From an uncultured delta proteobacterium (lineage in GTDB: Bacteria > Myxococcota_A > Polyangia > Polyangiales > Polyangiaceae): a stretch of DNA of 64,000 nucleotides. The stretch lies in the NCBI GenBank assembly GCA_963716725.1, contig CAVQUB010000011.1:192001-256000 (forward strand), given 5' to 3'. The notes below the pieces were generated by a model, which was not told the origin of the DNA, made no database searches, and saw only the letters and a program-made list of their open reading frames with translations. The position numbers were made by a program, and so were the translations under genes. Positions 21,623 to 31,059 of this stretch are shown here, piece after piece. Each line of letters begins with the position of its first letter. Position 1 is the first letter of the stretch.

Positions 21623-22927
21623 ATGCGCAGCCTATCTTCCGCCCTGACCTTGTCGTTCGTCCTTGCCGGTGCGTTCGCGGCTTGCAGCGCCGATAGCGAA
21701 GGAGGCGGCGGCACCAGCAGCGGCGGTACCAGCAGCGGCGGTACCAGCAGCGGCGGCACCAGCAGCGGCGGCACCAGCAGCGGCGGCACCAGCAGCGGCG
21801 GCAGCGGCGGCACCAGCAGCGGCGGCAGCAGCGGCAGCGGCGGTACCAGCAGCGGTGGCAGCAGCGGCAGCGGCGGCAGCGCGGGCACCGATGGATCGGC
21901 CGGCGACGCTGGCATCGCAGACGTGTCCTTCACCTACGACGGACCGGTCGGCGACGACGGCAGCATCGGGGACGCTTGCGCGGCCACCACGGTGAAGGCC
22001 GATCCGGCGCCGCTCGACATGTTCATCATGCTCGACAACTCCGGGAGCATGGGCGCCGACTGCAACATTGGCCAAGGCACCACCAGCAAGTGGTGCTACT
22101 CGATCAACGCGCTGTCGCAGTTCTTCACGGCTGCCCCCACCGGGACCGGGGTCGCGATGCAGTACTTCCCCAAATGTGCGCCGTCGGCCTCGGCCTCGGA
22201 CTGCACGACGGGTGGTGGCTGCGCCACCGCCGAGGTTCCGCTGGGATTGCTCCCAGGAAACCTGGCCGCGCTGAATGCCTCGCTCGACGGGACAACCCCG
22301 AACGGCGGCACGCCCATGGAAGCCGCGCTGAACGGCCTGACCAAATACACGCAGCAGAACAAGCAGGCCGGGCGCGTCATGATCGGCGTGTTCATCACTG
22401 ACGGCGTGCCCGAGGGTTGCACCACCAACCCGAACACCCTGGCGGGCATCGTGCAAAACCACCTCACGACCAACGGCATCAAGACCTTCATGATCGGGAT
22501 GGATGGTGCGAACTTCGGCACGCTCGATTCCATCGCTGCCCCCGGCGGCGCGTCCCCGCACACGCAGTACTGCGGCGGCAGCAGCCCCTGCTACTCGTAC
22601 GACGTCGACAACGGCAACCCGGCGGCCTTCAACGCGGTGCTGGCGGCGATTCAGAAGAGCGCCGTCGCCTGCCAGTACGCCATGCCCACCACCGACGGCG
22701 GCATCATCGATCTGAACAAGGTCGAGGTGCAGTACTTCCCGGCGGGCAACCCGCCCTCCCAGAAGCTGCCCAAGGTCGCCAACGCCGCGGCCTGCGCCGG
22801 TGGCGGCTGGTTCTTCGACAGCGCCGCGAACCCCAAGTCGATCCTGCTGTGTCCTTCGAGCTGCACTGTCGTGCAGCTGGATACCAAGGCAAAGATCGAG
22901 GTCTCGCTGGGCTGCCTCGGGTCCTGA
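21623..22927 (+). CDS. VWA-domain lipoprotein with GGTSS linker
   Basis: Lipobox FAAC, MIDAS motif DNSGSM, TP and ITDG, Cys-rich C-terminal domain. Confidence 0.9.
   Translation: MRSLSSALTLSFVLAGAFAACSADSEGGGGTSSGGTSSGGTSSGGTSSGGTSSGGTSSGGSGGTSSGGSSGSGGTSSGGSSGSGGSAGTDGSAGDAGIADVSFTYDGPVGDDGSIGDACAATTVKADPAPLDMFIMLDNSGSMGADCNIGQGTTSKWCYSINALSQFFTAAPTGTGVAMQYFPKCAPSASASDCTTGGGCATAEVPLGLLPGNLAALNASLDGTTPNGGTPMEAALNGLTKYTQQNKQAGRVMIGVFITDGVPEGCTTNPNTLAGIVQNHLTTNGIKTFMIGMDGANFGTLDSIAAPGGASPHTQYCGGSSPCYSYDVDNGNPAAFNAVLAAIQKSAVACQYAMPTTDGGIIDLNKVEVQYFPAGNPPSQKLPKVANAAACAGGGWFFDSAANPKSILLCPSSCTVVQLDTKAKIEVSLGCLGS
21705..21880 (+). repeat. Coding Gly/Ser/Thr low-complexity repeat (15-bp GGCGGCACCAGCAGC-type units)
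   Basis: Read directly; encodes (GGTSS)n. Confidence 0.9.
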
Positions 22928-22934
22928 GCCGCGT

Positions 22935-24392
22935 TCACTTGCGAGCGACGGTGGCGGGCACGGGCTCAGGGCTGCGCCAGCTCGCGCCGAGGTCGTCGGA
23001 CACGAGCACGGAGTAGCTCTGCTCGGGCTTGGCGGCGGCACCGTAGAGGAACACACGCTTGCCCACCGCGAGGAGCCGGCTCGGGACCCGGGCCTCGACC
23101 CGCGGCTCGAGGTGCGCGGAGTCGTCGTAGGCCACGGTGAAGGGCGTCCAGAGCTGCCCGTCGTCTCGAGTCGAGGCGACGCGGACGATGCCGCCCATGG
23201 GAACCGAAACGATGGTCGCGCCGTCGACTCGGGCCAGATCGAGGGCCGCGCCCAGCGTCCCTCCCACGCCCGCGAAGGTCGGGGCCGGCATCGCGACGCA
23301 GCGCGCGCGGTGGCCACAGATCGAGAGCCGAACCGACTTGTCGCTCTCGCTCCGGTGGGCGACCACGAGCGCCTTCTGATCGCAGGCCACGGAGACGAGC
23401 TCGCTCGAACCGGGGCCAAGCGCCGTGGGGAAGGGCGGCGCGTCCGGCGCGTGGGACACCACCAGCAGGGACGACGAGTCCTCGCTCAGCGCGAAGGTGT
23501 ACGCACGTGGACCCGCGGGACAGCGTTCAGCGAAGCCCTCGCTGCCGCGGACGGGCGACGGGCGCCAGTTGAGCCCCCCGTCGCTGCTCTGGTGCACGCT
23601 CAGGTTCGCCGCCTTGCCGAAGGCCACGGTGAGCGCCCCGCCCACCTCGCCCACCGCGCGATACCCGGCGCGCCACGCCGGAAGACCGCGGCCGACGGCG
23701 GGCCTGGCCGTCTCGACGGGATGCACGGCCTCGTGCTGCGACATGCTCGGCCTTACGAGCTTGACGTATCCGCCGCGCACGAAGGGCCACGCGCTGCGCG
23801 CGAGCTCGGCGAGTCGATGGCCGGTGACGCCGAGATCCGACAGCCGCGCCTCGGCGGCTCCGGGCCCACCGTATTCGGCGAACGACCAGGCCTGTACCTT
23901 GTGAGCGCGCTCGGCGGCGGACGAGCCCGTCAGCTCCAGGGCCAGGTTCGCGCAGTCCTGGAACGGGCGATCCGCGGCCTCGGCGCTGATCAGGCGACGG
24001 CGGACCAGGGACGCGAACTCGGGTGAGTTGTCGCGGAGCAGCGCTGGCCCCGTCGGACCCACCATGCAGAGGCCGTAGTTCGCCAGCTGAGTCGCCGTCG
24101 AGTGCAGCTTCCAGGTCGCCTGCGCGCGCGGGTGGAGAAACCACGCTGCGCCCAAGACAATGGCGAGCAGCAGCACGGTGCGCAGCCGGATGAAGGGACC
24201 GGACTCTGCTTCGGGCGGCGGTGCGCTCTCGAGGGCCGGAGCTGGCGGCACCGGCCCCTTGGGGATCGCGACGTTGCGGGGCAATGACCCCGGCGGGCGG
24301 CTCGAGAAGGGCGAGCTCGGCAGCTCGGCACGAGCCCAGGCCGCGCTGCCCGGCGCGATACGGTGGTTGGAGCGCGGGGCGGGGCCGGCCAT
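22935..24392 (-). CDS. Hypothetical single-pass membrane protein with BNR/Asp-box repeats (sialidase-like beta-propeller)
   Basis: One TM segment (VLLLAIVLGAAWFL) and Asp-boxes SSDGGLNW, STRDDGQLW and SDDLGASW. Confidence 0.7.
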   Translation of the reverse strand: MAGPAPRSNHRIAPGSAAWARAELPSSPFSSRPPGSLPRNVAIPKGPVPPAPALESAPPPEAESGPFIRLRTVLLLAIVLGAAWFLHPRAQATWKLHSTATQLANYGLCMVGPTGPALLRDNSPEFASLVRRRLISAEAADRPFQDCANLALELTGSSAAERAHKVQAWSFAEYGGPGAAEARLSDLGVTGHRLAELARSAWPFVRGGYVKLVRPSMSQHEAVHPVETARPAVGRGLPAWRAGYRAVGEVGGALTVAFGKAANLSVHQSSDGGLNWRPSPVRGSEGFAERCPAGPRAYTFALSEDSSSLLVVSHAPDAPPFPTALGPGSSELVSVACDQKALVVAHRSESDKSVRLSICGHRARCVAMPAPTFAGVGGTLGAALDLARVDGATIVSVPMGGIVRVASTRDDGQLWTPFTVAYDDSAHLEPRVEARVPSRLLAVGKRVFLYGAAAKPEQSYSVLVSDDLGASWRSPEPVPATVARK

Positions 24393-24444
24393 CTTCGGCT
24401 CGCAACCTAGGGCACGAGCACGAGGTTGGCCTAGATTTCGAAGC

Positions 24445-25617
24445 TCAAAATGCGGCCTCGAGATCGGACCAGAGGTCCTCGACGTCTTCGATCCCGACGC
24501 TGAGCCGAACGAGCCCGTCTCCAATGCCCGCTCGAGCTCGCAGCTCCGGGGGCATGGTCGAGGCCGTGGTCGAGGCGGGATGCGTCGCGAGCGAGCGGAC
24601 GTCGCCTAGGCTCACCGCGTGGCTCACGATCCGTACCGCGTCGAGCAAGCGGCGGCCCGCGTCCAGACCGGCAACGAGCTCGAACGCGAGCAGCGATCCG
24701 AATGCTCGCATCTGCCGCCGTGCGACCTCGTGGCCCGGGTGGCTCTCGAGCCCCGGGTAGTGGACCCGCGCGATGGCGGGGTGCTCCGCCAAGCGCTGGG
24801 CAAGGATCAGGGCCGATGCACAGGCACGCTCCTGCCGGAGCGCGAGGCTGCGAATGCCCCGGGAAATCAGGAACGCGTTGAAGGGCGCAAGCACGCCGCC
24901 GAGGCCCTTGACCACCAGGTCGCGCACCGGCTCGGTCATCGCCCGAGATCCGACGACCACCCCGCCAATGGCGTCACCGTGCCCGCCCAGCGCCTTGGTC
25001 ATGCTGTGCACCACGAGATCGGCGCCAATACCGAGCGGGTTTTGGCAGTAGGGCGTCGCGAAGGTGTTGTCGACCACGAGGCAGATGCCCCGACCGTGGG
25101 CCGCCTGGGCGAGCGACTCGAGATCCGTGATGCCGAGGGTCGGGTTGGCGGGCGTCTCGGCGTAGACGATCTTGGTCGAGGGCCGCAGCGCGGCGACATA
25201 GGCATCTACTGAAGTGGCGTCCACGAAGGTCGTCTCGATGCCGAAGCGCGGCAGTCGCTCGCGCATCAGGCGCGCGGTCTCACCGTAGAAAGCCAGAGGC
25301 GCGACCACGTGATCGCCTGCCACGAGGCGCGAGAGCAACGCGCCGGTCACCGCCGTCATGCCGCTCGCCGTCGCCACCGCGCCTTCACCGCCTTCGAGGG
25401 CCGCGACCTTCGCTTCGAGCTCGTCGACGGTGGGGTTGCCCCAGCGCCCGTAGATGTAGTGGTCGCCCTCGCCGCGGAACGCCGCTGCAGCCTCATCGGC
25501 GCTGCTGAAGGCAAAAGCGCTCGACAGCACCAGCGGCGCTTCGAGCGCTTGGTTCGCGTCACGCCTTTCGCCGGCGTGGACGCTGAGGGTGGACGGACCG
25601 CGACGGGGCTCGGCCAA
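24445..25617 (-). CDS. Cys/Met metabolism PLP enzyme (methionine gamma-lyase / cystathionine gamma-synthase family)
   Basis: YGRWGNPT, ETPANP, DNTFATP, HSMTK (PLP lysine), SLG, RLSVGIED. Confidence 0.93.
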   Translation of the reverse strand: MAEPRRGPSTLSVHAGERRDANQALEAPLVLSSAFAFSSADEAAAAFRGEGDHYIYGRWGNPTVDELEAKVAALEGGEGAVATASGMTAVTGALLSRLVAGDHVVAPLAFYGETARLMRERLPRFGIETTFVDATSVDAYVAALRPSTKIVYAETPANPTLGITDLESLAQAAHGRGICLVVDNTFATPYCQNPLGIGADLVVHSMTKALGGHGDAIGGVVVGSRAMTEPVRDLVVKGLGGVLAPFNAFLISRGIRSLALRQERACASALILAQRLAEHPAIARVHYPGLESHPGHEVARRQMRAFGSLLAFELVAGLDAGRRLLDAVRIVSHAVSLGDVRSLATHPASTTASTMPPELRARAGIGDGLVRLSVGIEDVEDLWSDLEAAF

Positions 25618-25640
25618 GGCTCCGCCCCTGCTCCCGCTCT

Positions 25641-25874
25641 CTAGAGCTTGACGTCGTCCGTGCGCAGGCGCTTGCGACGACGGCGAGCGGCCTCGCTCAT
25701 CTTCTTGCGGCGCTTGACCGACGGCTTCATGTAGTGGCGACGGCGCTTGAGCTCACGAAGGATGCCTTCGGCGGCCATCTTGCGCTTGAGATGTTTGATC
25801 GCGCGCTCGATGCCTTTGTCACCGACCACGACCTCGAGGGGTTTGCACTGAACGGCTTCGCTGGGGGTAGTCAC
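25641..25874 (-). CDS. rpsU: 30S ribosomal protein S21
   Basis: IERAIKHLKRK...EGILRELKRRRHYMKPSVKRRKK...ARRR. Start placed at GTG 25874. Confidence 0.93.
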   Translation of the reverse strand: MTTPSEAVQCKPLEVVVGDKGIERAIKHLKRKMAAEGILRELKRRRHYMKPSVKRRKKMSEAARRRRKRLRTDDVKL

Positions 25875-25918
25875 GGGAGCGCGGGATATGGCAGACGGAG
25901 AGAGGATTTTCAAGCGCG

Positions 25919-26299
25919 ATGCCTACTGATCCGACAATCTCACCCACGGCCGTCCGGGCTCCCCACGGGGCCAGCGTCTTCGAAGTGGCCTGGGCGGACG
26001 GCCGGACTCAGCGCTATCCACATAGAATCCTTAGGGGTTTTTGCCCGTGTGCGTCCTGCCAGGGGCACTCGGGCCGGATCGGCTTCCTCGAGCCACCGAA
26101 CACCGAGCTGCGCCACCTGAGCCAGGTGGGCAACTACGCGCTGGCCCTGGTCTGGGGGGACGGCCACGACTCGGGCATCTACTCGTTCCGGTTTCTGAGA
26201 AGGCTGGGCGACCTGCTCGAGGCACATGGGGCGCCGGGGCTCGAGGCCATCGGGGAGCTGCCGCGCTCCGTGATCCCCGACGGGGGGCCGAGGACGTGA
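25919..26299 (+). CDS. DUF971 / GBBH-like N-terminal domain protein
   Basis: LRGFCPCASC, VGNYAL, DGHDSGIYS. Confidence 0.9.
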   Translation: MPTDPTISPTAVRAPHGASVFEVAWADGRTQRYPHRILRGFCPCASCQGHSGRIGFLEPPNTELRHLSQVGNYALALVWGDGHDSGIYSFRFLRRLGDLLEAHGAPGLEAIGELPRSVIPDGGPRT

Positions 26300-27261
26300 A
26301 GCCCGAACACATCGCAATCGTCACGACCTCGTTCCCCGAACGCGCCGGCGATCCTGCGGGGCACTTCGTCGCGACCGAGGCGGTGATGCTGGCCAAGGCC
26401 GGGCACCGCGTGACTGTGATCGCGCCAGGATCGAACCGGGAGTTCGACGGGCTCAGGGTGATCGGCGTCGGTGCGGGCTCGAGCTTCGGGTGGCCGGGAG
26501 CCCTGACCATCATGCGCTCACGACCCCATCGCGCGCTCGGCGCCGCCGCCTTCGTCGCCCGAGCCCGCCGAGAGCTCCGCAGCCTGCCCTGCGACCGGGT
26601 GATTGCCCACTGGCTCGTGCCGTCGGGCTGGCCCATCGCTACTGCGGCGTCCATTCCCCTCGAGGTCGTGGCGCATGGCAGCGACGTGCGCCTGCTCTGC
26701 CGGCTGCCAACGGCGCTTCGTCACCACGTCGTCTCCCGGCTCTTGGCACGACGCGCCCGCGTGCGCTGCGTGTCGGACGAGCTTCGCGACGAGCTCGTCG
26801 CCTGTGATGCGCGCCTCGCTGGGCAGATCAGCGTCGATCCCGCGCCCATTGACACCAGCCACGCGCCCGATCGCCCGCGCGCGCGGCGCCTGCTCGGGCT
26901 GCCGAAGGCGGCGCGCCTGATCGTGATCGCCGGCCGGCTGGTGCTCTCCAAGCGCGTGCACGTCGCGCTCACGGCCGCTGAGCTGATCCCGAACGCCATC
27001 GTAGTCGTGATCGGTGACGGTCCGGAGGCCTCGACGCTCGCGGAGAGCCACCCGGACGCGCACTTCCCCGGGCTGGTCCCCCGGGACCACGCCCTGACCT
27101 GGATCGCCGCTGCGGATCTGGTGCTTTCCGCGTCGCGCACCGAAGGCGCGCCCACGGTGCTGCGCGAGGCGCGCGCTTTGGGCGTGCCCGTCGTCAGCAC
27201 CGCCGCGGGTGATCTCGAGCGCTGGGCGCGATCCGATGGCGAAATCTGGGTCGTGGACTGA
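26296..27261 (+). CDS. Glycosyltransferase family 4 (GT-B)
   Basis: HGSD, GRL..SK, EGAPTVLREA (E-X7-E). GTGA overlap with the upstream gene. Confidence 0.9.
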   Translation: MKPEHIAIVTTSFPERAGDPAGHFVATEAVMLAKAGHRVTVIAPGSNREFDGLRVIGVGAGSSFGWPGALTIMRSRPHRALGAAAFVARARRELRSLPCDRVIAHWLVPSGWPIATAASIPLEVVAHGSDVRLLCRLPTALRHHVVSRLLARRARVRCVSDELRDELVACDARLAGQISVDPAPIDTSHAPDRPRARRLLGLPKAARLIVIAGRLVLSKRVHVALTAAELIPNAIVVVIGDGPEASTLAESHPDAHFPGLVPRDHALTWIAAADLVLSASRTEGAPTVLREARALGVPVVSTAAGDLERWARSDGEIWVVD

Positions 27262-27262
27262 A

Positions 27263-28816
27263 TCAGAAGCGTGCGCCCGCGCCCAGCTCTGCTCCGCCGC
27301 GCCACACCGGGCGCGTTGCGCTCCCGCGCTTCACCCCCAACGCTCCGGCGCTCGCCGAGAGCTCCAAGAACAGGACCTCAGCCACGCCGTAGCGCGCCGA
27401 AGCCACCGCAGCGCCCCCCAACGCGAGGGCGCGGTACTCGTCCTCGACGTCGAATCCGAGCGGCTCCAGATCGGCGGCGTCCTTGCGCCGCACGACCTCG
27501 CGTAGCCAAAGGACGCTCGGGCCCAGCCCCGCACGCAGCTCGGCGCGCCCGAGATCGAACACGTACTCGAGAGTCGCCGTCGCATCGAGCGATTGGACCT
27601 CGACGTCGTTCGCACCGGGCGCATGGCGGCCGGCGGCGCCCCCGAGGCGCAAGGTCATTCCAAGATCGGACAGCCGCGTCGATGCGCCCAACTCGAGGCG
27701 GGGCACGAGCGGATGAACGTTGGCCGTGGTCAGCCCCGCGGCGACGAATACTGCATGAGGTCGCAGCACGAGCGTGCCGCCCTTCGCAGCAAGCTCTTCG
27801 ACCTCCACGGGACGAAACTGTGACGCCGTCAGTTCGCGACGCTCACCTCGAGCCAGGGTCAGCGTCACCGCCCCGGCGCCGCCAGCACCCCGCCGCTGGA
27901 GCAGGTACTGCCCGGGCGGCAGCGCGATCTCGGTCGTGCCTTTCGGCGTGGCCCAGACCTCGGCTTGCACGGTCTTCGAGCCCGTCGCGTACGCCAAGTA
28001 GTGGGTGTCTCGGGCCGCCGGCAGGCTCAGATGCGCGGCGCCCGCATCTCTATAGGTGAGCACCAACGGCGTGCTCTCGTGCAGTCGATACTCGGCCTCC
28101 GGCCGCTGAACCACGCCCGACCCGCGCGCCGTCCGGTACAGGGTCTGATGGTAGGCGTAGGTCCACGCCTCACTGAGCGTCACCTGCTGGTCGCGATTGC
28201 GATCGGCGCTGCCTCTCAGCCCGCTCACCAAGAAGTGAGTGAACACGGCGCCCTGAAGCTTGTCGGATTCCTGCGCCGCTTCACCGTCTGCCGATGCGTG
28301 CAACCAGACCGATCCCGAGGCCTGAGGGGCGTCCACGTTCAACGAGAACGCCGGCGTCTCGCGCACGCCCTTGGCTCGGGTCGCTTCGGTGGTGCGGCAC
28401 GCATCGGTGATCACCAAGCGGAGCCCGGCGCGAACCGAGTCGATGCGCTGGCGGAGATCCGCGAGCGTGACGCTCTTGCCGGCCAGCAGCAGGCGAGTAC
28501 GGTCGCCGTGCGCGCTGACGTAGACGATCAACGTCACCTGGTCTTTGGCTTGCTTCGCGGCGATTGCCGCCGCTTTCGACAGGGCGGCGTTCAGCTTGTC
28601 CTCGGTGGCGTCGGTAACCACGATAGCGTTCTCAGGCTTCACGCGGCCTTGCTTGATGAACACTTCGGCAACGCGCTTTGCGTCGCGGTCCGCGTGTCTC
28701 AGCACGGCCTGCTCGGGCAGACCCCGCCGTTGCCCCGCACTGACCAGGACGCGAATCGGCTCCGCCCAACTCTGAGACGTCCAGAGCAGACACACGAGGA
28801 CGAGCCAGACCCTCAC
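27263..28816 (-). CDS. Exported caspase-family (peptidase C14) protein with C-terminal beta-barrel-like domain
   Basis: Signal peptide (..SQSWA/EP), LRHADRDA, catalytic SAHGD and DACR, AQESD, FTHFLVSGLRGSAD; amphipathic beta-strands ending in Phe (..GAGARF). Confidence 0.88.
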   Translation of the reverse strand: MRVWLVLVCLLWTSQSWAEPIRVLVSAGQRRGLPEQAVLRHADRDAKRVAEVFIKQGRVKPENAIVVTDATEDKLNAALSKAAAIAAKQAKDQVTLIVYVSAHGDRTRLLLAGKSVTLADLRQRIDSVRAGLRLVITDACRTTEATRAKGVRETPAFSLNVDAPQASGSVWLHASADGEAAQESDKLQGAVFTHFLVSGLRGSADRNRDQQVTLSEAWTYAYHQTLYRTARGSGVVQRPEAEYRLHESTPLVLTYRDAGAAHLSLPAARDTHYLAYATGSKTVQAEVWATPKGTTEIALPPGQYLLQRRGAGGAGAVTLTLARGERRELTASQFRPVEVEELAAKGGTLVLRPHAVFVAAGLTTANVHPLVPRLELGASTRLSDLGMTLRLGGAAGRHAPGANDVEVQSLDATATLEYVFDLGRAELRAGLGPSVLWLREVVRRKDAADLEPLGFDVEDEYRALALGGAAVASARYGVAEVLFLELSASAGALGVKRGSATRPVWRGGAELGAGARF

Positions 28817-29523
28817 GGATCCACCAGGTAGCTGAACGGGATCGCGGTGACGCCGGTCGGGACACGGTCTTGGCGGGCCTTCGCGACGGCGTCCGGATGA
28901 CCCACGATGATCCAACCGCGGCTCCGCTCGGCGTCGAAGGTCGCAGCGCGCTCCGAGAAGTGCGTGCCTGCGTCGAGCTCCGCGGCAAGCAAGAGCGGCA
29001 CGTACTCGCCGGTCGACGTGAGCACGCCCGCGGCGACGGGCGTGGGCTCGGCCAGGCTCACCTCGACGCGGATCTGATCTCCCGGCACGACCCCGAGTTC
29101 ACCGGTCACGCGCTGCTGACGGCCCGCGCGCTCGACGATCACGAATACCTGCGCGGCGCCCTTGAAACGCGTGTCAGGACCGATGGGCCCGGCGGTCGGG
29201 CTGTGGGTGGGATCCGGGCCGGAGGGCGCGGCCACCTTCGGCAACCGACCCAGGTAGAAGATGAGGCCCGCCGCGACCAAGAGCGGCGGCCCGAAGTAAG
29301 GCGCCAGCCGCAGCACCTTCGCGCCGCGCGAGAGGGGATCAGCCAGGGCCGCATCGAGCGACTTGCGATCGGCGCCGTCCTGGCGATACGCCGCCAGCTC
29401 TCGCTCGAGCGCTGCAACGTACTCGCGACAGGCCGCGCACTCGGCGAGGTGGCCCGTCGCTTCCGGATCCGAGTCGCCGGCGACCACGGCTTCGAGGCGA
29501 TAGCTGGGCATGTGCTCATCCAT
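28813..29523 (-). CDS. Zinc-binding (ZAS) transmembrane anti-sigma factor with periplasmic DUF4384-like domain
   Basis: HLAECAAC (HxxxCxxC), one TM segment, then DTRFKG and VVPGDQIRV; lies directly after the ECF sigma gene. Confidence 0.8.
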   Translation of the reverse strand: MDEHMPSYRLEAVVAGDSDPEATGHLAECAACREYVAALERELAAYRQDGADRKSLDAALADPLSRGAKVLRLAPYFGPPLLVAAGLIFYLGRLPKVAAPSGPDPTHSPTAGPIGPDTRFKGAAQVFVIVERAGRQQRVTGELGVVPGDQIRVEVSLAEPTPVAAGVLTSTGEYVPLLLAAELDAGTHFSERAATFDAERSRGWIIVGHPDAVAKARQDRVPTGVTAIPFSYLVDP

Positions 29524-30034
29524 GGGTCGATGCCTCGGGGTTCGAGTCGAGCAGTCGGCGAGCGTGGTCGCGGATGCGTTGCAGTCGCTTGTTGACCGTA
29601 ACGCGCGAGACTCCCAGCGCTTCGGCGGCCTGCGCCTGGCTCATGCCGTCGATCAGCGTGCAAATTGCCAGCTCTTGGTCCTCCTTCGGGAGGTCACCCA
29701 GTGCCCTGCAAACCGCGTTGCGCGCCTCGAGATCCACGCCGGGAGGCGCCGCGAGGTCCGAGGCCGCGTCATCGACGTCGTCGGCCTGCCGCAAGCGGCG
29801 CCCCCGCCGCAGCTGATCGAGGGCGGAGCGGTCCACCACCTGGTGCAGCCACCGGAGCGGGTGTTCCGCCGCGCGGTAGGCCGCACCCTTACGAAGCAGC
29901 TTCAGCAGTGTCTCCTGCACGACGTCGTCAGCCAGGGCGACGTCGCGCGTGATGAGCAAGGCGCGACGTCGCATGAAGAACCCGTACCGTTGGTACACGG
30001 CGGCTACTTCCTCACGGCTGAGTCCCTCGGTCAC
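29516..30034 (-). CDS. ECF RNA polymerase sigma factor
   Basis: Region 2 (ADDVVQETLLKL, WLHQV..ALD.LRR) and region 4 (GMSQAQAAEALGVSRVTVNKRL). Confidence 0.92.
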   Translation of the reverse strand: MTEGLSREEVAAVYQRYGFFMRRRALLITRDVALADDVVQETLLKLLRKGAAYRAAEHPLRWLHQVVDRSALDQLRRGRRLRQADDVDDAASDLAAPPGVDLEARNAVCRALGDLPKEDQELAICTLIDGMSQAQAAEALGVSRVTVNKRLQRIRDHARRLLDSNPEASTHG

Positions 30035-30085
30035 CGTTCGCTGCTCTAACACGACGCGGACGGCGCGACGGCCTCGGAGCGACCC

Positions 30086-30946
30086 TCAGTTGGCAGGACA
30101 CGGCCAGCCCGCCGGCGGCGTGGCCTCGGCGTGCGTGTAGATAGTGGTCTCGATCGAATGCTCCTGATAGCAAGGGCCGTCGTAGACGACGGTGTCGATG
30201 GAGTAGCCGTACTGATTGTCACCCACTTCGCAGGACAGATTGGGATCGCTCGCGCTGGGGTACTCTCCGTCCGGACCCTTCACCCCCGGCGCGGCTTGGG
30301 TGGTGCTCCCCGATCCGGTGCCCATCGTGCCGTCGACGCACATCAGGCTCTGCGCGTCGTCGGAAGCGTCTTCCGTCAACACCAGCTTGGTGCTGAGTGG
30401 AACCCATGCGAACTCGTCGCCTTGCTTCGAGATTGACGCGATGTTGAAGCCCGGCTGGGGTTTGGCGCCGGTCGGGTCGGTGAGGTCCGGAGGCGGCGCT
30501 CCATCGAGGTAGACCAAGAGCCGGTCGGCGTCGCGCGCCACGATCTTGTCGATGGCCTTGGTCGAAGACACATCCAGGAGATCGAGCTTGCCGTTGCCGT
30601 TGAGATCCTCGTATGCGACCAACATCGCCCACGCGCCCTTGGTACTCTTCGGGTCGTCGTCATCGAGAGGCCCCATGAACGCCTTCGGAGGCGGCTGGGT
30701 GACGGCCAACGAAAAACCGTTGAGTGACGCCGACTCGGGTGCGATCTCGGCTGCCACTGCGTGACTGAGGGACGAGTACCAGAGCAGCGCCACGCCCACC
30801 TTGCCGCTGCCGAGCGACCCGCTCGTACTGCTGACAGCGCCATTGAGCGTGACCAGCGTCGACGGGTCACCCTCGTCTTCGGGCAGGCTGCCGCACGCCA
30901 AGCCGGTGGTCGCAAGCAGCAAAGATCCAATCAAAAGCCGTTTCAT
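30086..30946 (-). CDS. Hypothetical lipoprotein
   Basis: Lipobox GLAC, DxNxNG Ca-binding-like loop (EDLNGNGKLD), Cys-containing C-terminus, GGAGAG RBS. Confidence 0.8.
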   Translation of the reverse strand: MKRLLIGSLLLATTGLACGSLPEDEGDPSTLVTLNGAVSSTSGSLGSGKVGVALLWYSSLSHAVAAEIAPESASLNGFSLAVTQPPPKAFMGPLDDDDPKSTKGAWAMLVAYEDLNGNGKLDLLDVSSTKAIDKIVARDADRLLVYLDGAPPPDLTDPTGAKPQPGFNIASISKQGDEFAWVPLSTKLVLTEDASDDAQSLMCVDGTMGTGSGSTTQAAPGVKGPDGEYPSASDPNLSCEVGDNQYGYSIDTVVYDGPCYQEHSIETTIYTHAEATPPAGWPCPAN

Positions 30947-31059
30947 TACATCTCTCCCAGGTTCACCGCCGGCGTCGGTCGCCAGCGTCGTTCACCCTCG
31001 GGACGCAGCTCCCCCCGAGAAGTGTAAAGGCGGCCGCTGATTTTTTCGCGTCCCTCCCC

